Below are positions 63,035-64,000 of a DNA stretch of 64,000 bases, piece by piece. Every line of letters begins with the position of its first letter. The first letter of the stretch is position 1. The notes under the pieces are model-generated. The model was not told the DNA's origin. It worked only from the letters and a program-made list of their open reading frames with translations, and ran no database searches. This DNA is from an uncultured Actinomycetota bacterium (lineage in GTDB: Bacteria > Actinomycetota > Actinomycetes > JACCUZ01): NCBI GenBank assembly GCA_963846525.1, contig CAWJWE010000008.1, forward strand, positions 2,319-66,318, given 5' to 3'. The position numbers were made by a program, and so were the translations under genes.

Positions 63035-63238
63035 ATGGCTCAGGGCACTGTCAAGTGGTTCAACTCCGAGAAGGGCTTCGGCTTCATCGCTCAGGACGGC
63101 GGCGGCGCCGACGTCTTCGTGCACTTCTCGGCGATCCAGGGCGACGGCTACAAGTCGCTCGACGAGAACCAGCGCGTGGAGTTCGACATCACGCAGGGCC
63201 AGCGCGGCCCGCAGGCGGAGTCGGTCCGCCCGGTCTGA
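63035..63238 (+). CDS. cspA: cold shock protein (CspA family)
   Basis: [34 protein letters not shown] carries RNP1 and RNP2. GAAGGAAG RBS. Confidence 0.97.
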   Translation: MAQGTVKWFNSEKGFGFIAQDGGGADVFVHFSAIQGDGYKSLDENQRVEFDITQGQRGPQAESVRPV

Positions 63239-63257
63239 CCTGACACACAACCACGTT

Positions 63258-63290
63258 GGCCCCCGTCGCGAGACGGGGGCCTTCGTCGTT
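63258..63290 (+). terminator. rho-independent terminator after cspA
   Basis: GGCCCCCGTC-gcga-GACGGGGGCC (10-bp stem) followed by TTCGTCGTTT. It starts 20 nt after the stop. Confidence 0.7.
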
Positions 63291-63371
63291 TCCGACTGGC
63301 CATAGTGTGCTTCCTGTTCGTGCAGGCCTGGTTGTCGACCGGTCTGGTCTGGGGCGCGGTGAAGGGCTGAG

Positions 63372-64000
63372 GTGAGCGAGCTCGAGACGCTGGCGCATCG
63401 CGTCGTGATGGGGTCGTTTCCCGGTGCCGTGCTGCCCTCGTGGGCCGGTCGGCTGCTGGCCGACGGCCTCGGCGCGGTCTGCCTGTTCGGCTCCAACGTG
63501 CGCTCGGCCGACGACCTGGCAGCTCTCACCGCCGCGGTGCACGAGGCCGGACCGGACGTGCTGGTCGCCACCGACGAGGAGGGTGGAGACGTCACACGGT
63601 TGCACCTGGCAGACGGCTCACCGCACCCGGGCAACGCCGCACTCGGCGCGGTGGACGACCGCGTGCTCACTGAGCGCGTGGCGCACGCGATCGGCGTGTC
63701 GTTGGCCGCGGTCGGGGTCGACCTCGACCTCGCCCCGGTCGTCGACGTCAACAGCAACCCGCACAACCCAGTGATCGGAGTCCGCAGCTTCGGTGCCGAG
63801 CCGGCGCTGGTGGCCCGGCACACCTCGGCGTACGTCGCGGGGCTGCAGTCCGCGGGTGTCGCTGCCTGCGTGAAGCACTTCCCCGGCCACGGCGACACCT
63901 CAGTCGACTCGCATCTCGACCTGCCGACCGTGACCGCGTCGCGGGAGACTCTGCTGTCCCGCGAGCTCGTGCCGTTCGCTGCGGCCGTCGAAGCGGGCGC
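63372..64000 (+). CDS. glycoside hydrolase family 3 (beta-N-acetylhexosaminidase-like); 3' end outside window
   Basis: Hand translation from GTG 63372. The frame is open to the window end, so it is absent from the ORF track. ATDEEGGDVTRL, DLAPVVDVNSNPHNPVIGVRSFG, ACVKHFPGHGDTSVDSH. Confidence 0.85.
   Translation, partial: MSELETLAHRVVMGSFPGAVLPSWAGRLLADGLGAVCLFGSNVRSADDLAALTAAVHEAGPDVLVATDEEGGDVTRLHLADGSPHPGNAALGAVDDRVLTERVAHAIGVSLAAVGVDLDLAPVVDVNSNPHNPVIGVRSFGAEPALVARHTSAYVAGLQSAGVAACVKHFPGHGDTSVDSHLDLPTVTASRETLLSRELVPFAAAVEAG

Overview
GC-rich actinobacterial chromosomal DNA; the taxon is a guess from gene content and synteny. I found no rRNA, tRNA, CRISPR array, transposase or integrase.

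Layout:
- 1-14.0 kb is a conserved housekeeping block: MacB-type ABC pair, thrS, HIT, a hydrolase, an EF-G-like GTPase, the pgsA/acyltransferase/pimA lipid genes, lemA-htpX and pdxS. It ends in a pdxT gene cut off after about 55 codons.
- 14.0-23 kb holds a four-gene ABC-2 exporter operon, a STAS protein, DUF72, a MarR-MFS pair, a racemase and an RsbW-like kinase.
- 23-43 kb is a back-to-back catabolic supercluster. On the minus strand: glxK-aceB-glcDEF. On the plus strand: xanthine dehydrogenase, an amidohydrolase, allB, alc, a CitE/HpcH-like unknown, uraD, uraH and uricase.
- 43-64 kb holds a BBE-like oxidase, a badly broken SARP-AAA-TPR-LuxR regulator, pirin, PepSY, paiB, an IdeR-box-controlled bfd-bfr pair, an aldo/keto reductase, DUF1206, DUF4192, an azoreductase-like gene, a DUF222-HNH gene and a dimethylglycine-dehydrogenase-like gene. 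It also holds a three-gene WXG/pre-toxin-TG toxin-immunity cassette, an S4 protein, cspA and a GH3 hydrolase.

Assembly quality: many conserved genes, including essential ones, can only be read by splicing two or three frames. These frame breaks are clustered, and the ones I could place sit at short homopolymer runs. I suspect assembly error more than decay. Features typed 'pseudogene' mean 'disrupted as assembled', not proven decay.

Best candidates for new biology:
- the toxin cassette at 60.8-62.5 kb, whose C-terminal module I cannot assign;
- the CitE-like gene inside the ureide pathway, which reads without any stop codon into uraD.

All family calls come from motif recognition by eye; no searches were run.
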